A DNA stretch of 64,000 nucleotides from Prasinococcaceae sp. CCMP 1430 (lineage: Eukaryota; Plantae; Prasinodermophyta). Made by a program: the position numbers and the translations under genes. The stretch covers positions 1 through 64,000 of the forward strand of contig RQSC01000006.1 in the NCBI GenBank assembly GCA_013416795.1, given 5' to 3'. A model generated the notes under the pieces. The model searched no databases. It had not been told where the DNA came from and saw only the letters and a list, made by a program, of their open reading frames with translations. Shown here one piece after another: positions 1-10,500 of the stretch (the stretch's first letter is position 1; each line of letters opens with the position of its first letter).

Positions 1-185
1 CGTCGTCGCGCGCGCGCGCCCGCACACACCCTCGCGCGGACCCGCCCGGAGGTGCGCGCGCGCGCCGCTCATCGGCCGCCGGCCGGACCCCGATTCTGTT
101 AGTTATTTTTTGGCGCGCCGCCGCGTCGCCATTTCACGACCGCGAATTGCCCCCCTTCGACCCGCCTTGCGAATGCGAAAGAGTG

Positions 186-710
186 TCAGCATCGAATGCG
201 ACGGAAGGGCATTTGGACGCTCGAGCGGCGGCAATTGGCGCGCGGCGGATCGGGCGTGTGGCGCGCACACGCACGCGTGGCGCGCACACGCCCGGCGGGG
301 AGGGGCGCGCGCGCGCGGCGAATTCTCCGCGCCGGGGGTTCGGGCGAGGCCGAGAAGGAAGGCGCGGGGGCGGGAAGCCGCGGAAAGATATCCCCGAATT
401 GGAATCTCGCCGTGGATTTGCAGCGGGTGCGCCGCAGGGGGGGAAAGCGCGCCGGATGTGGGCGCGGGAGTGCGCACTCGCTGGTGCAGGCGCAGTGGGA
501 GGGGGGAAGGGAGTCGAGGTAGGCAACCACCGCCTTGCCGTCGCCCACAGTGAGCAGAGCCGCATCGAGGACGCAGTTGACGTCGGCGATCTTGTTGAAG
601 AGGTCGTCGCCAAGCGCCTCCTTGCGGGCAGCGGTGAGCCTGTCACGGTGGACGTGCATGCGCAGCTTGCGCTGCTGGGACTTGGCGAGCGCGACCACTT
701 TGGCGTGGTA
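186..710 (-). CDS. Orphan coding-like segment (exon or gene remnant), unknown function
   Basis: ORF 186..698 extends to YHAKVVALAKSQQRKLRMHVHRDRLTAARKEALGDDLFNKIADVNCVLDAALL with strongly GC3-biased codons. No in-frame ATG precedes it; an in-frame TAG (possible acceptor) lies at ~711. Confidence 0.4.
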   Translation of the reverse strand, partial: YHAKVVALAKSQQRKLRMHVHRDRLTAARKEALGDDLFNKIADVNCVLDAALLTVGDGKAVVAYLDSLPPSHCACTSECALPRPHPARFPPLRRTRCKSTARFQFGDIFPRLPAPAPSFSASPEPPARRIRRARAPLPAGRVRATRACARHTPDPPRANCRRSSVQMPFRRIRC

Positions 711-764
711 CTAACTATATTTGGGCTTTATCGTGGTGGCGACATCCAGCTGCGAGCACCGCGG

Positions 765-1079
765 TCAGTCGTTATCATCGTTGTGTCCGTCGACGTCGTA
801 CTCGCTGTCGCTCTCCTCGACGTATTCGTCGACGTATTCGTCGACACCCGAGTCGTACTCGCTGTCGCTCTCCTTGACGTATTCGTCGACGTCGTACTCG
901 CTGTCGTCGCCCCCGATGCCGTGATCGCCGCCGCCTCGCCCGGACCTGCCATGCGTGGCAGCCTCCATGCGCATGCCCATGCCGCCGAAGATGTCGTCGT
1001 CCAAGTAGCTGTCCTGCTCTTCCGGAAAGTCGTTGTCAGGATGATTTTTCAGTCGTCCGAGTCGTACTCCGAGCGGCAC
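765..1079 (-). other. Acidic D/E/Y-rich ORF segment with internal direct repeats (DSEYDVDEYVxESDSEYD)
   Basis: Three copies of gtcgtactcgctgtcg at ~797, ~853 and ~892; same reading frame as the ankyrin ORF. Confidence 0.35.
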
Positions 1080-1091
1080 TCCTCTTCCCGC

Positions 1092-2672
1092 TCACTCGTC
1101 ATTCGACTCATCGTACGGCAGCGGCGGCTGCGCGGCGCGCAGCAGGGCGACGACCTCGGCGTTGGGGCGTCTCGGCGTCTCGGCGATCTTGAGTGCCGTC
1201 AGGCCGGCATCCGTAGCAATGGTGACGTCGGCGCCCGCCTTGAGCAACGCTCGGACGCTGTCTGCGTGGCGTCCACGGGCCGCGAACATGAGCGCAGTCC
1301 AGCCGGCACGTGTGGTCTTGTCCGCGTCGGCGCGTGTGTCGAGCAGCGTCTTGACGCAGTCTGCGCTGCCATTTTTGGCCGCGAGCATCAGCGCAGTCCA
1401 TCCGTCCTCCTCGGCCTGTTCCGCGTCGGCGCCTGCGTCGAGCAACGCCTTGACGCAGTCAGTGAAGCCTTTGTCGGCCGCGAGCGTCAGCGCAGTCCAT
1501 CCGTCGTGGCCGCTAGCATGGCCCGCATCGGCGCCTGCGTCGAGCAGCGTCTTGACGCAGTCTGCGCTGCCATTTTGGGCCGCGAACATCAGCGCAGTCC
1601 AGCCATCACGCTTGGTCTTGTCCGTGTCGGCGCCTGCGTCGAGCAGCGTCTTGACGCAGTCAGTGAAGCCCTTGTCGGCCGCGATCATCAGCGCAGTCCT
1701 GCCATCGGTCCTGGTCTTGCCCGCGTCGGCGCCCGCCCCGAGCAACGTCTTGACGCAGTCAGTGAAGCCTTTGTCGGCCGCGAGCATCAGCGCAGTCCAG
1801 CCACCACGCTCGGCCTTGTCCGCGTCGGCGCCTGCGGCGAGCAGCGTCTTGACGCAGTCAGTGCGGCCATTTTGGGCCGCGAACATCAGCGCAGTCCAGC
1901 CAAAAAGGGTGGTCTTGTCCGCGTCGGCGCCCGCGTCGACCAATGTCTTGACGCAGTGGTCGTCGCCGAGTTCCACTGCCAAAATCAAGGCAGTCTTGCT
2001 GTCGTTGTCCACCTTGTTGGCGTCGGCGCCCGCCTCGAGCAGCAGCCGGAGGCAATCCGTACCTTCGCCAGAACCTACTACTGCCCATAACAACGGAGTC
2101 CAGCCTTTGCCGTCTGCTTGTTCCGTGTCGGCGCCCGCCTCAAGCAACAGCCGGAGGCGGTCGATGTCGCCAGCTCTGGCTGCGCGCGAGGTCGCGGGCA
2201 AGCCCAACGCGTCCATCGCGGCGAGCTCGCCCTCCGCCCGCGCCTCGCGCACGGCGGCAGCGCTGACACCCATCACCTGCGCCACCAGGAGCAGCGCCCG
2301 GCGCGCACGCTCGGCAGGCGCGGCGCGAGGGCCGTCGGCGCCGCTGCAGCCGTCCAAAGAGCCGCCGATGCGATGGCCGCTGCTTTTGCCTGCTGCACCG
2401 GCTCGGCGGCACTGGCGCCCGTCTTGCTCCCGCGGACACAGATACCTGCGACGATAGCGAGAACGCTCTCGCAGCCAAAAAAAGGCATTTGCCCGACTTA
2501 TGACTTCCTTCCGTATCGCGTCGCGATCCTCTTGCGCCTTGCGTAAGGCCGTAGTGTTGACGCTCACCGCTTGCACGGCCAGCAGCAGCACCTGGCGCGC
2601 GCTCTTCGCCGAAGCGAATACCGAGGGCCGCGGGTCGCCGCCGGCGCCGCTGCCGCTGCTGCCGCCCGCGGC
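1092..2672 (-). CDS. Ankyrin-repeat protein (~9-10 repeats); 5' end lost at gap n2673
   Basis: Repeated GxTALMxAAxxGxxDCVKxLLxAGADxD units with ~99-bp periodicity; probable intron ~2279-2447 (GTATCT...GCGCAG). Confidence 0.9.
   Translation of the reverse strand, partial: AAGGSSGSGAGGDPRPSVFASAKSARQVLLLAVQAVSVNTTALRKAQEDRDAIRKEVISRANAFFWLRERSRYRRRYLCPREQDGRQCRRAGAAGKSSGHRIGGSLDGCSGADGPRAAPAERARRALLLVAQVMGVSAAAVREARAEGELAAMDALGLPATSRAARAGDIDRLRLLLEAGADTEQADGKGWTPLLWAVVGSGEGTDCLRLLLEAGADANKVDNDSKTALILAVELGDDHCVKTLVDAGADADKTTLFGWTALMFAAQNGRTDCVKTLLAAGADADKAERGGWTALMLAADKGFTDCVKTLLGAGADAGKTRTDGRTALMIAADKGFTDCVKTLLDAGADTDKTKRDGWTALMFAAQNGSADCVKTLLDAGADAGHASGHDGWTALTLAADKGFTDCVKALLDAGADAEQAEEDGWTALMLAAKNGSADCVKTLLDTRADADKTTRAGWTALMFAARGRHADSVRALLKAGADVTIATDAGLTALKIAETPRRPNAEVVALLRAAQPPLPYDESNDE
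1200..2200 (-). repeat. ~99-bp tandem repeat array encoding the ankyrin repeats
   Basis: Near-identical gcgtcgagcagcgtcttgacgcagtc motifs recur about every 99-102 bp between ~1335 and ~1960. Confidence 0.85.
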
Positions 2673-2804
2673 NTCGCGGCGCGGGCGGGCCGCGCGAGCG
2701 CCGCCGCCGCGCGGCGCGGGCTTGCCCTACGGAGCTGACACGGATGCGCTCGTCTTCCTCCCCAACGCGCGCCCCACCCTCTCGCCCGCGGCGCGGTCCC
2801 TCAG

Positions 2805-3576
2805 GTGCTCGTGCTGGGCGGCATGGAGTTGCTGAGCTTCCTTGTGAATTTGCTTTTCGGCGGGTGGAAGAGCATCCCCGTCCGCGGCCGGCACCTGGAT
2901 GAGCTCTCGCCCAAGGACAAGGCATTCGTAGCGATCAACCGCCTGACGACGCTGGCGTTCATGCGCGCCTACGTGATTGGCGTGGCCGCGTCGTGCGAGC
3001 TCGGGCCGCTCACGCTTCGCAATACGGTGATCGCACTCCCCGCGCTCTACGCCGTGTACGACCTGTTCTACTCGCTCTTCCACCGCGCCCTGCACTTGCG
3101 CGCGGTGTACCCGTGGGTGCACAAGCACCACCACAGGCAGCTGGCGCCATCCAGGGGGAACACGGACGCGGTCAACGTGCACCCGGTGAGGAGGCGCTCC
3201 TGGCCGCGTGCCAACGCGAGCGCGAGCGCGAGCGCGCTCCCAAGTACCCGCTGCCCTCCCGCTGACCCAGTCTCCTGCACGCCCTCGGCAGTTCGAATTC
3301 GTGATGGGCGAGTACAACCACCTGCTCGCCGTGACGCTCGTGCCGGGCGTGCACGCGGTGACCGCCGCGGTTTTCATCATCCTCGGGGGCGTGCTCGCGA
3401 GCCTGAATCACACGCGCCACGACGTGCGCGTTGAGCCCGGCGTGTACGCGGTCAATGTGCACGACGTCCACCACCGCGTGCCCATGAGCAACTACGGCCA
3501 GTACACCATGCTCTGGGACCGGGTCATGGGCACGTACATACCGTACACCGAGCCGCCCGCCAAGAAAAAGATGTGA
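2805..3576 (+). CDS. Fatty acid hydroxylase / sterol desaturase superfamily membrane enzyme (5' exon missing at gap)
   Basis: His boxes FHRALH, HKHHH, LNH and HDVHH, plus NYGQYTMLWDRVMGT. Intron 3186-3291 (GTGAG...GCTGAC...GGCAG) joins ORFs 2805 and 3208; acceptor at 2804. Confidence 0.88.
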
Positions 3577-3832
3577 CCATAATGATTTTTTGACATACGT
3601 ACTGTACGTACTGCCTGTGCGCGCGCATGGCTCGTTTTCATCAGTCGAGGTTGGCCGCGGGCACGCGTGCATGCGCGCGCCACACGCGGCGCGCATGCGT
3701 GTCTGCGTGCGGTGATGGCGTAGCACTGCTGTTACGGGCGGCGCCTTTTTGCTGTGGCACCGCTTCTGCGCGAGCTCGCAGTCTGCCTTGGTCTGCGGGG
3801 GGGGCGGGGAGAAGAGCACCACGGACGGATTG

Positions 3833-6800
3833 CTACGTCTGAGTGTAGATGGGGTTGGCCATGCTCGACCAGCTCGGCGAGGGCACGCCGGTGGACGCCC
3901 CGCTCGCGCTCGTACTGTGCGTGGGCGCCCCGCCGTAAGAGGACGAGTTCGTCGGGCTCTCGATGTCAGCCAGACGCCTCTCGCCCTTCTCAAGCATGCT
4001 CTCCAGCGAGGCGAGCTGCTGCTCGATGGCAGTGAGCGTCGCAGCCTCGAGGCCTGGCACCGTGGGCTGGTCGGCGTCAACGTCCACAAGTGGCAGCGCA
4101 CTAAGGCTGGTCGACATCATCTCGGCCTTGAGCGCGCGCTCCTCTGCGAACTTGCGCGCCATGTTGGCGGCGTCGACCTCGCGGCGCAGTGCCTCCCGCT
4201 CCGCGCGCAGCCGATCCGACTCTGCGCCCGTGAGCATCTTGCCCCCCTGCGAGGAACCGCCAGCGCGCGTGGCCTCATCGAGCTGTCTTCGCAGCTCTTC
4301 GGCGTCCACGCGCAGCCGCGCGGCCTCGCGTTCGGCAGCGGCTGCGCGCATGCCTCGCGCCTCGGCGTCCGCAATGCGCTCCTCGATGGCGTCGTTCCAC
4401 ACGGACGCGCTGCCAGACGCGCCCGCCCGCTCGGACTGCAGGGAGGCCAGGGCGGCGGACGCCGCGCGCCGCGCAGCTTCGGCAGCCTCCGCGCGCTCGC
4501 GCTCGCGTCTTGCCTCCTCTGCGGCATCACGGGCGCCCACAAGCGCGCGATCGCGCGCCACCGTTGCAGCCTCGCAACGCTCGCGCTGGAGGGCGGCGTC
4601 CGCGAGCGCCTCCTCGCGCTGCGCAATGAGCAGGGCGGAATCGCGTCGGGACACGCCCGGCGACCCCGATGCCTCCTGTGTGCTGAGGCTCAAGCTCGCC
4701 TCCGCCGCAGCAGCTGATCTGGACGCCGCGAGGGCTTCTGCCTGCGCGCGAGCTACCTTCGCCGCCGCCAGCTCGGCCGCCATGGCCTCAATACGCATCT
4801 CAGCCTCAGTGGCCGCGACGGCCATCGCGTCCTTGGCCTGCGCCTCAACGAGTGCCGCGCGGCGCGCCTCGTCGAGCTGCTGGCGCAGGCGCTCGGCCAC
4901 GCCGCGCTGCTCGTTTGCCTCGGCAAGCGCAGCGCGCGCGCGCTGGCTCTCCGCCTCGGCGCTTGCGGAGCTGTTGCCGAGTGCGAGCGACGCCTCGCGC
5001 GCCGCCGCCGCTGCGTCGGTGCGCGCGGCGGCTGCCGCAAGTGCGGCTCGCGCGTCCGACGCGCGCACTGCCTCCTCGGCGGCCTCAAGCTTGGCACGCA
5101 ACGACGCAAGCTCAGACTCAGCCGTGTCGCGCTTTGCCTGAGCCTGCGCGGCACTCTGGCGGGCCGACGTGGCCTCGTCCTCGAGCGCGCGGGCGCGCGC
5201 GGCGGCGTTGTCCGCCTCAGTGCGCGCAGAGCGCAGCGCCTCGTCAGATGCCTGCCTGGCCGCCTGAGCGGTGCGTGCGGCCTCCGCGGAGGCGCCACCC
5301 GAGCGCTTGAGCACCTCAAGCTCTGCCTGCAGCCCGTTGAGCTCCGATGCCTTGGTGGCGAGCGTCAGTGTGGCCTTTGCTGCCTCGCTCTCGGCCTCGG
5401 CGCGCGCCTTGCTTGCATTGGCCACGCGCTGCGCCGCCTCCGCCTCGGCCACCTCGATGCGTCGCTCCAGCGAGTCACGCTCAGACTTAAGCTCGCTGCA
5501 CAAGGCTCTCGCTACCTCGAGTTCGCGCTCGACATCGACGGTGCGAGCGCGCTCAGCGGCAGTCTGAGCGGTCGCCTCGCGCCCTGCGGTCATGGCACGG
5601 TCCAAGCGCGTCTCTGATGCCTGCAGCTGCAAGCGGAGCGCGTCGGTTTCGGCCTTAGCATCGGCAACGCCTTGCGCGGAACGCCCCTCGGCCTTTGCGC
5701 GCTCCCTTCTAGTATCTGCGAGGAGTGCCTCGTGCTCGCGATCAAGGGCCTCGATCTCGCGAGCGAGCGCCTCCGCGCGCGCCTCGGCCATGACGACGCG
5801 CTCCTCCGCTGCCTGCACCTCGGTTAGACGCTGTTGCCGCGCGCGATCGAGATCCTTCGCCGCGGCATCGCGTGCTCGCGCCGATGCGGCAGCACTGCTC
5901 TCCGCAGCCTCCATGAGCGCGCGCACCTCCCTTTTGGCCTCCTCAAGCTTCACCGACACCTCGCGCAGTTGCCTCGCCGACTCCATGCCCTGGCGTTCGG
6001 CGGCCGCGCGCGCCGCGTCGGCCTGCCTGACCCGTGCGCGCCAGCCGTTCTCGTGATTCTCGCGAGCCTTGAGCGCCGAAAGCTCGCGATCCCCGTTGAT
6101 TGCCGCCGCGACGGCGCGCTCCGCGCGCTCGGCCTCGAGTGTTGCCGAGAGCTGCTTGCAGCGCAGCTGCAGCTCCTCCACCTCGCCCCCTGCTGAGACG
6201 ACGAGGTCCTGCCGCTCGTTGCGCTCAGTCGCGATTGCGCGCTCGGCGTCTTCGGCGCGCGCGAGAGCTTCTTCCGCCCGCTCCTCTGCTTCGCCGAGCA
6301 GCCGCGTGAGCATTTCGCGTTCCTCCTCTAGCAGCGCGAGCGACTCGTGCGTCGCCGCCTCGGCCGCGTCTGCCCCCGCGCGCTTGCCGGGAGAGACCGG
6401 TGCGTGCAGCGCGGGAGACGCCCCGACACCCATCGTCTCCTGCCGCTCGATGAGCTCCTGCATGGCCCCCACGCAGCGCTCGAGGTTGCTGAGCACCTCC
6501 CCCGGGGTGTCGTACGGCTCCTCGCTGGTGCCAGCGCGCACAGGCGTGCGGGCGCGCACGGGCGTGTGGGGTTCGTCGTACGTTGGCGCGGCGGTACCCG
6601 CGTCTGCTCCCGCTCCGCTGATGAGACCCATCATGCGAACCCCGCCGTAGCGCACGGCGAACTCGGCGAGGGCCAACGCAGCGAGCACGGCGCGATAGAG
6701 CGGCGTGCCTGCCGCGAGCGCCATGGACAGCGCCATCCCCGCCGCCTGCCCGCCCGGCATCACCTTCTCGAGCGCCGCAGCGCTCGCGAGCACTGCCACA

Positions 6801-6901
6801 TCGTCACCCACCTGAGGCGCCGCCACCGCCGCCGCCGCTGCCACGCCCTCGGAAGGCGCGGGCGCAGGCGCATCCGAGCCCTCGTCTTTGGTCACCGCCA
6901 T
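3833..6901 (-). CDS. Long Ala/Glu/Arg-rich coiled-coil protein (~1020 aa), family unassigned
   Basis: 1075-aa open frame with ATG at 6901 (MAVTKDEG) and heptad-like A/E/R composition over most of its length. Confidence 0.75.
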   Translation of the reverse strand: MAVTKDEGSDAPAPAPSEGVAAAAAVAAPQVGDDVAVLASAAALEKVMPGGQAAGMALSMALAAGTPLYRAVLAALALAEFAVRYGGVRMMGLISGAGADAGTAAPTYDEPHTPVRARTPVRAGTSEEPYDTPGEVLSNLERCVGAMQELIERQETMGVGASPALHAPVSPGKRAGADAAEAATHESLALLEEEREMLTRLLGEAEERAEEALARAEDAERAIATERNERQDLVVSAGGEVEELQLRCKQLSATLEAERAERAVAAAINGDRELSALKARENHENGWRARVRQADAARAAAERQGMESARQLREVSVKLEEAKREVRALMEAAESSAAASARARDAAAKDLDRARQQRLTEVQAAEERVVMAEARAEALAREIEALDREHEALLADTRRERAKAEGRSAQGVADAKAETDALRLQLQASETRLDRAMTAGREATAQTAAERARTVDVERELEVARALCSELKSERDSLERRIEVAEAEAAQRVANASKARAEAESEAAKATLTLATKASELNGLQAELEVLKRSGGASAEAARTAQAARQASDEALRSARTEADNAAARARALEDEATSARQSAAQAQAKRDTAESELASLRAKLEAAEEAVRASDARAALAAAAARTDAAAAAREASLALGNSSASAEAESQRARAALAEANEQRGVAERLRQQLDEARRAALVEAQAKDAMAVAATEAEMRIEAMAAELAAAKVARAQAEALAASRSAAAAEASLSLSTQEASGSPGVSRRDSALLIAQREEALADAALQRERCEAATVARDRALVGARDAAEEARRERERAEAAEAARRAASAALASLQSERAGASGSASVWNDAIEERIADAEARGMRAAAAEREAARLRVDAEELRRQLDEATRAGGSSQGGKMLTGAESDRLRAEREALRREVDAANMARKFAEERALKAEMMSTSLSALPLVDVDADQPTVPGLEAATLTAIEQQLASLESMLEKGERRLADIESPTNSSSYGGAPTHSTSASGASTGVPSPSWSSMANPIYTQT

Positions 6902-7507
6902 GGCGCTGAGCCGCGGTAATCTCACCTCCCGTCGCCCCACACACACCACTCCTACCCCCCCCCCGCCCTGCCCGGGCGCGCCGCTCTGCGGGCGCGCACT
7001 GGAGCGCACGCGCGCGCTGCCGCCCTCGCGCTCGAAACGACCTCTCTTCCGCTGCGGCACAAAAAAGCCGGTTGAATTGATTTTGACCTGCGGCGGTTCC
7101 CCGAGCGGGAAACCCGAAAACGGGCTCTCCCGCCGTTGCCGCGGCGCAGTCAGTCAAAATGCACCTGTTACGTCATAAAGTACTGCGAATTGTGTGTAAT
7201 GTAACCACGGGCGACTTTGCATGCGCGCGACGCCCAGGACGCGCAGCCGTTCCCCGAGCGCGCGCGCGGGCGCGCGCCACGCGTCGCGCTGCGACGGCGG
7301 TGCAGTCGAGCTCCCCTGTGCCACACACGCGCCCCCCCCCCCCTGTCGGCGCGGGGGGGCGAAGGGAGGAAGGGGGTGCGGGGAGAGAGGTAGAGGTAGG
7401 GACGAGGCTTCGGCGCGCGCGCGTGCGCTGCGCGCGCGCGCCGCGATGGGTGGCGATGGCGGGCGCGGAGGCGCGCGGCGAGCGCCGCGCGGCGGGGCGC
7501 GGCGGCG

Positions 7508-10500
7508 GTGGGGTGCGCGCGCGCGGTGTGCACGGCGCTGGTGCTGCTCGCGGCTGCGCTCGCAGCAGCCGCTGCGGGGACGCTGGCTGCGGACTGGCTG
7601 CGCGCGTCGCTCGCACCCGGCACGCCAAGAGCGCGGCGTGCCGTGGCGATCACACCGCGCGCAGTGACGAGCATGCCGCGCGCGGCAGGAGCAGCCGACG
7701 CCCACGTGCTGTGGGCAGGTACAGGAATGAGTGAGGGCGTCGACGTATTCGATGCCACCGGGGCCAGTGCGGGCGTCCCCACTGGTGTCGATGCCGACCA
7801 CCGAGGCGCCCTACTCGGGCCCGGAGGCGCTACCCAAGCCTTGGAAGCCAATGCGCACGGCAACTCCCTGGAGGCGCACGCCACAGCATGGACGGCCCTG
7901 CCCTCGATTGGCCCACTCGCACAAGAGTGGTCATTAAACGCGACCGATGCGCGCGCCCTGTGCGATGCCCTGCGCGCCGCTGCACCCGCACCCGGCGTGG
8001 TCTCGTGCGCGTACGAGGCGGGCTTTGTGAATCGTGTGCACACTTTCAACGCACGCCGCCAGGCGACGCGCCCTGCGTACGTGGTGGCGAGGCCAACAGC
8101 TCTGGGGGAGGCATCCGCGCTCATGCGCGCGCTGGCAGAAGAGGGCAGGCGCAGGCGGCGCACGCCCGGCGCCTACGATGGGCGGCTGCTCTCAATACGG
8201 AACGGCGGTCACAATCCGCGAGGAGCATCGCTCGCGCCTGTCGTCATCGACATGTCCGCAAACGCGCGCGCGCTGCTCGTGCCGGCGGCTGAGGTGCGCT
8301 CTGGCAATGGTGGGGAGGACACCGGCAGCAACAATCCGCGTCGTAGCGCCGCAGACGCAGGCGGTAGCACCAATCGTGCAAATAGCGTCGGTGATGCCGG
8401 AGATGGGCCCGTTCTGGAGGCTGGTGGTGGTTCGGTGTGGCGAGACGCGTACATAGCCATGGCGGGATCAGGGCGTGTAGTGGTCGGCGGTGGCTGCCCA
8501 GGCGTCGGCGTCGCGGGCCTCGTCGGCGGTGGGGGGATCGCGTGGCTGTCACGCGCACGCGGACTTGCCAGCGAGTCAGTATTGGCGTACGAAGTGGTGC
8601 TTCCTAACGGCACGGTCACGCGCGCGACGCCTGGCAGCGAGCTGCATCGCCGCCTAAGCGGTGGCAGCGGAGCGGGGCTTGGGCTCGTGTGGCGCCTCTG
8701 GCTGCGCACGCACGTGGCACCACCTGAGGAGAAGCTTCTCTACGCCGAGTTCGCGTGGCAGGCTAAGGGCGACGGGCTGGCGACCGTTGACCATGCTGCG
8801 GTCGCCCGGGGCGAGCACAGACAGGCGCGCACCGGGCTAATGCCATCCTCCCTGCTAGACGGCGTGGCGGCGACCGTGGAGGCGGCGTTCCTCGTCAGCA
8901 CCGCGGAGCCACGCGCGACAATAGCGATGGCGGTGTCGCGCCAGCAGTTGCTTTCGCACATCTTTTTCGGCGGCAGTGTCGCCGAGGGCACTGCGGCGTT
9001 CAACGCCACAGGCGTGAGCAGCGCATTCGCGAGAGTTGCCCGCGGCATGCGCGTGCGCACGCCGCTTGCAAAGCGAACAGGCACGGGCAGAGCTCGCCCA
9101 ATGTCCTCCATTGGCCCCGAGGACGTGCGTTCGGGCGTCGCTTACGGTGGCGGCTTGACCATCGCCCAGATCGCCAAGCGTGCTGACATGAACCAGGGGC
9201 AGGCGTGGTGGCGTTCGCTTTTCCTTGCCGGCCTGAGTGCGGATCAGCTCACCGCACACATCGTGCGGCTATCAGCATCGGCCCCTGATGATTGCGGTCT
9301 GCAGGTGGAGTTTGTCGGCGGTGCAATGGACCGCCCGCAGCACTCAATGTGGGGGCATGTTGGCGCCGAGGTTCTGCTGAGCATGCTGTGCGTGCGCGGC
9401 AGCGTGCTCAGTGGCGGCGCGGACAAGCGGCGCACGGGGAAGGCCGCGCTCTTTGGAGCCCAGGCGGCGGAGCGGTCATACGCTGCGCGCACAGAGCTGT
9501 GGATGGAGAGTGCGGCGACGTCGCTGGCGCAGCATGCCACTGGCAGGGCCTACGTGGGGTACCAGCATGACGCCGACACGCCCGAGGCGCTGTGGGGTGA
9601 GGAGGGCGCACGCGCGTTGCGTGAGCTGCGCGCTTCCTTGCAAGGCGCAGCCGAGGTGTTCGGGGATGAGCTCTCTGGCGCCAAGGGTCAAGGAGAGACC
9701 TCAGATCCCAGAGGGCACGATCCCAAGAGCGGCGAAGGGCGGGAGGTGGCGGTGGTGGTGGGTGGAACAGGCGTCGTCGGGGGGGCGACGGCCGTCGCTC
9801 TCTCTCGCTCGGGCTTACACGTGTTGGTCACCGGCTCGTCTCCGCGCAGTTGCGAGATGCATCGGGGGCGGAGCGAAAGCGGAGGCGACCGTGGTCGCGA
9901 CGGCCACAGCACGATGGACTGCGTCTTTGGTGACCTGTCAACACACCGAGGCGCAAACGCGCTCGCAGACGAAGTGGCTGCGCGTGTCGCGACGTCGGGG
10001 GGATGCCTGCGCGCGCTCGTGCTGTCAGCAGGGGCCGCACCCGCGGCGTTCACTGCAGACAACGACACGAATGCTCGCAGCACGACCTTCTCGGTGATGT
10101 ACGCTGGCCAGCTCCAACTGCTCGCGCGCTCGCTGGCGCCTTCTAATGTGCGCCAGCACATGCTCGCGTGGCCGTGGTGCGAACCCCACGAAACCAGCGG
10201 CGGCGGAGGACGCCCACATCCCTTCCCACCTCCGCGGTCGCGCGTGGTATTTGTCACGAGCGGCGCGGCCGAGGCCGCCACGACCGCGGGCGTCACGGAC
10301 TTGATTGAAGGCGCGAGCTTCGATATTCCTGCGTATGGCACCTCGATGAGCACATTGCTGGCAGAGGGTACCGGCGGGCAGGCCTATGCGGCCGCCTCGA
10401 AACTCAAGTACTTGACGGTGGCGGACGTGGCGCTTCGCTTGGCTGCCAGGGGCGGCGGAAGGTCGACCGTCGAGTTGGTCGCTGAGACGGCCGCCGGCAG

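Noticed and set aside
780-1960. CRISPR-like repeat array
   Set aside because: The repeats are coding ankyrin or acidic units with no unique spacers and no cas genes, in eukaryotic context.
147-2090. 647-aa plus-strand ORF, and many other long antisense ORFs in the track (e.g. 3963-5141, 21499-23016, 47267-48679, 51149-52513)
   Set aside because: In-register shadows of real genes on the opposite strand, expected at this GC content; no family motifs.
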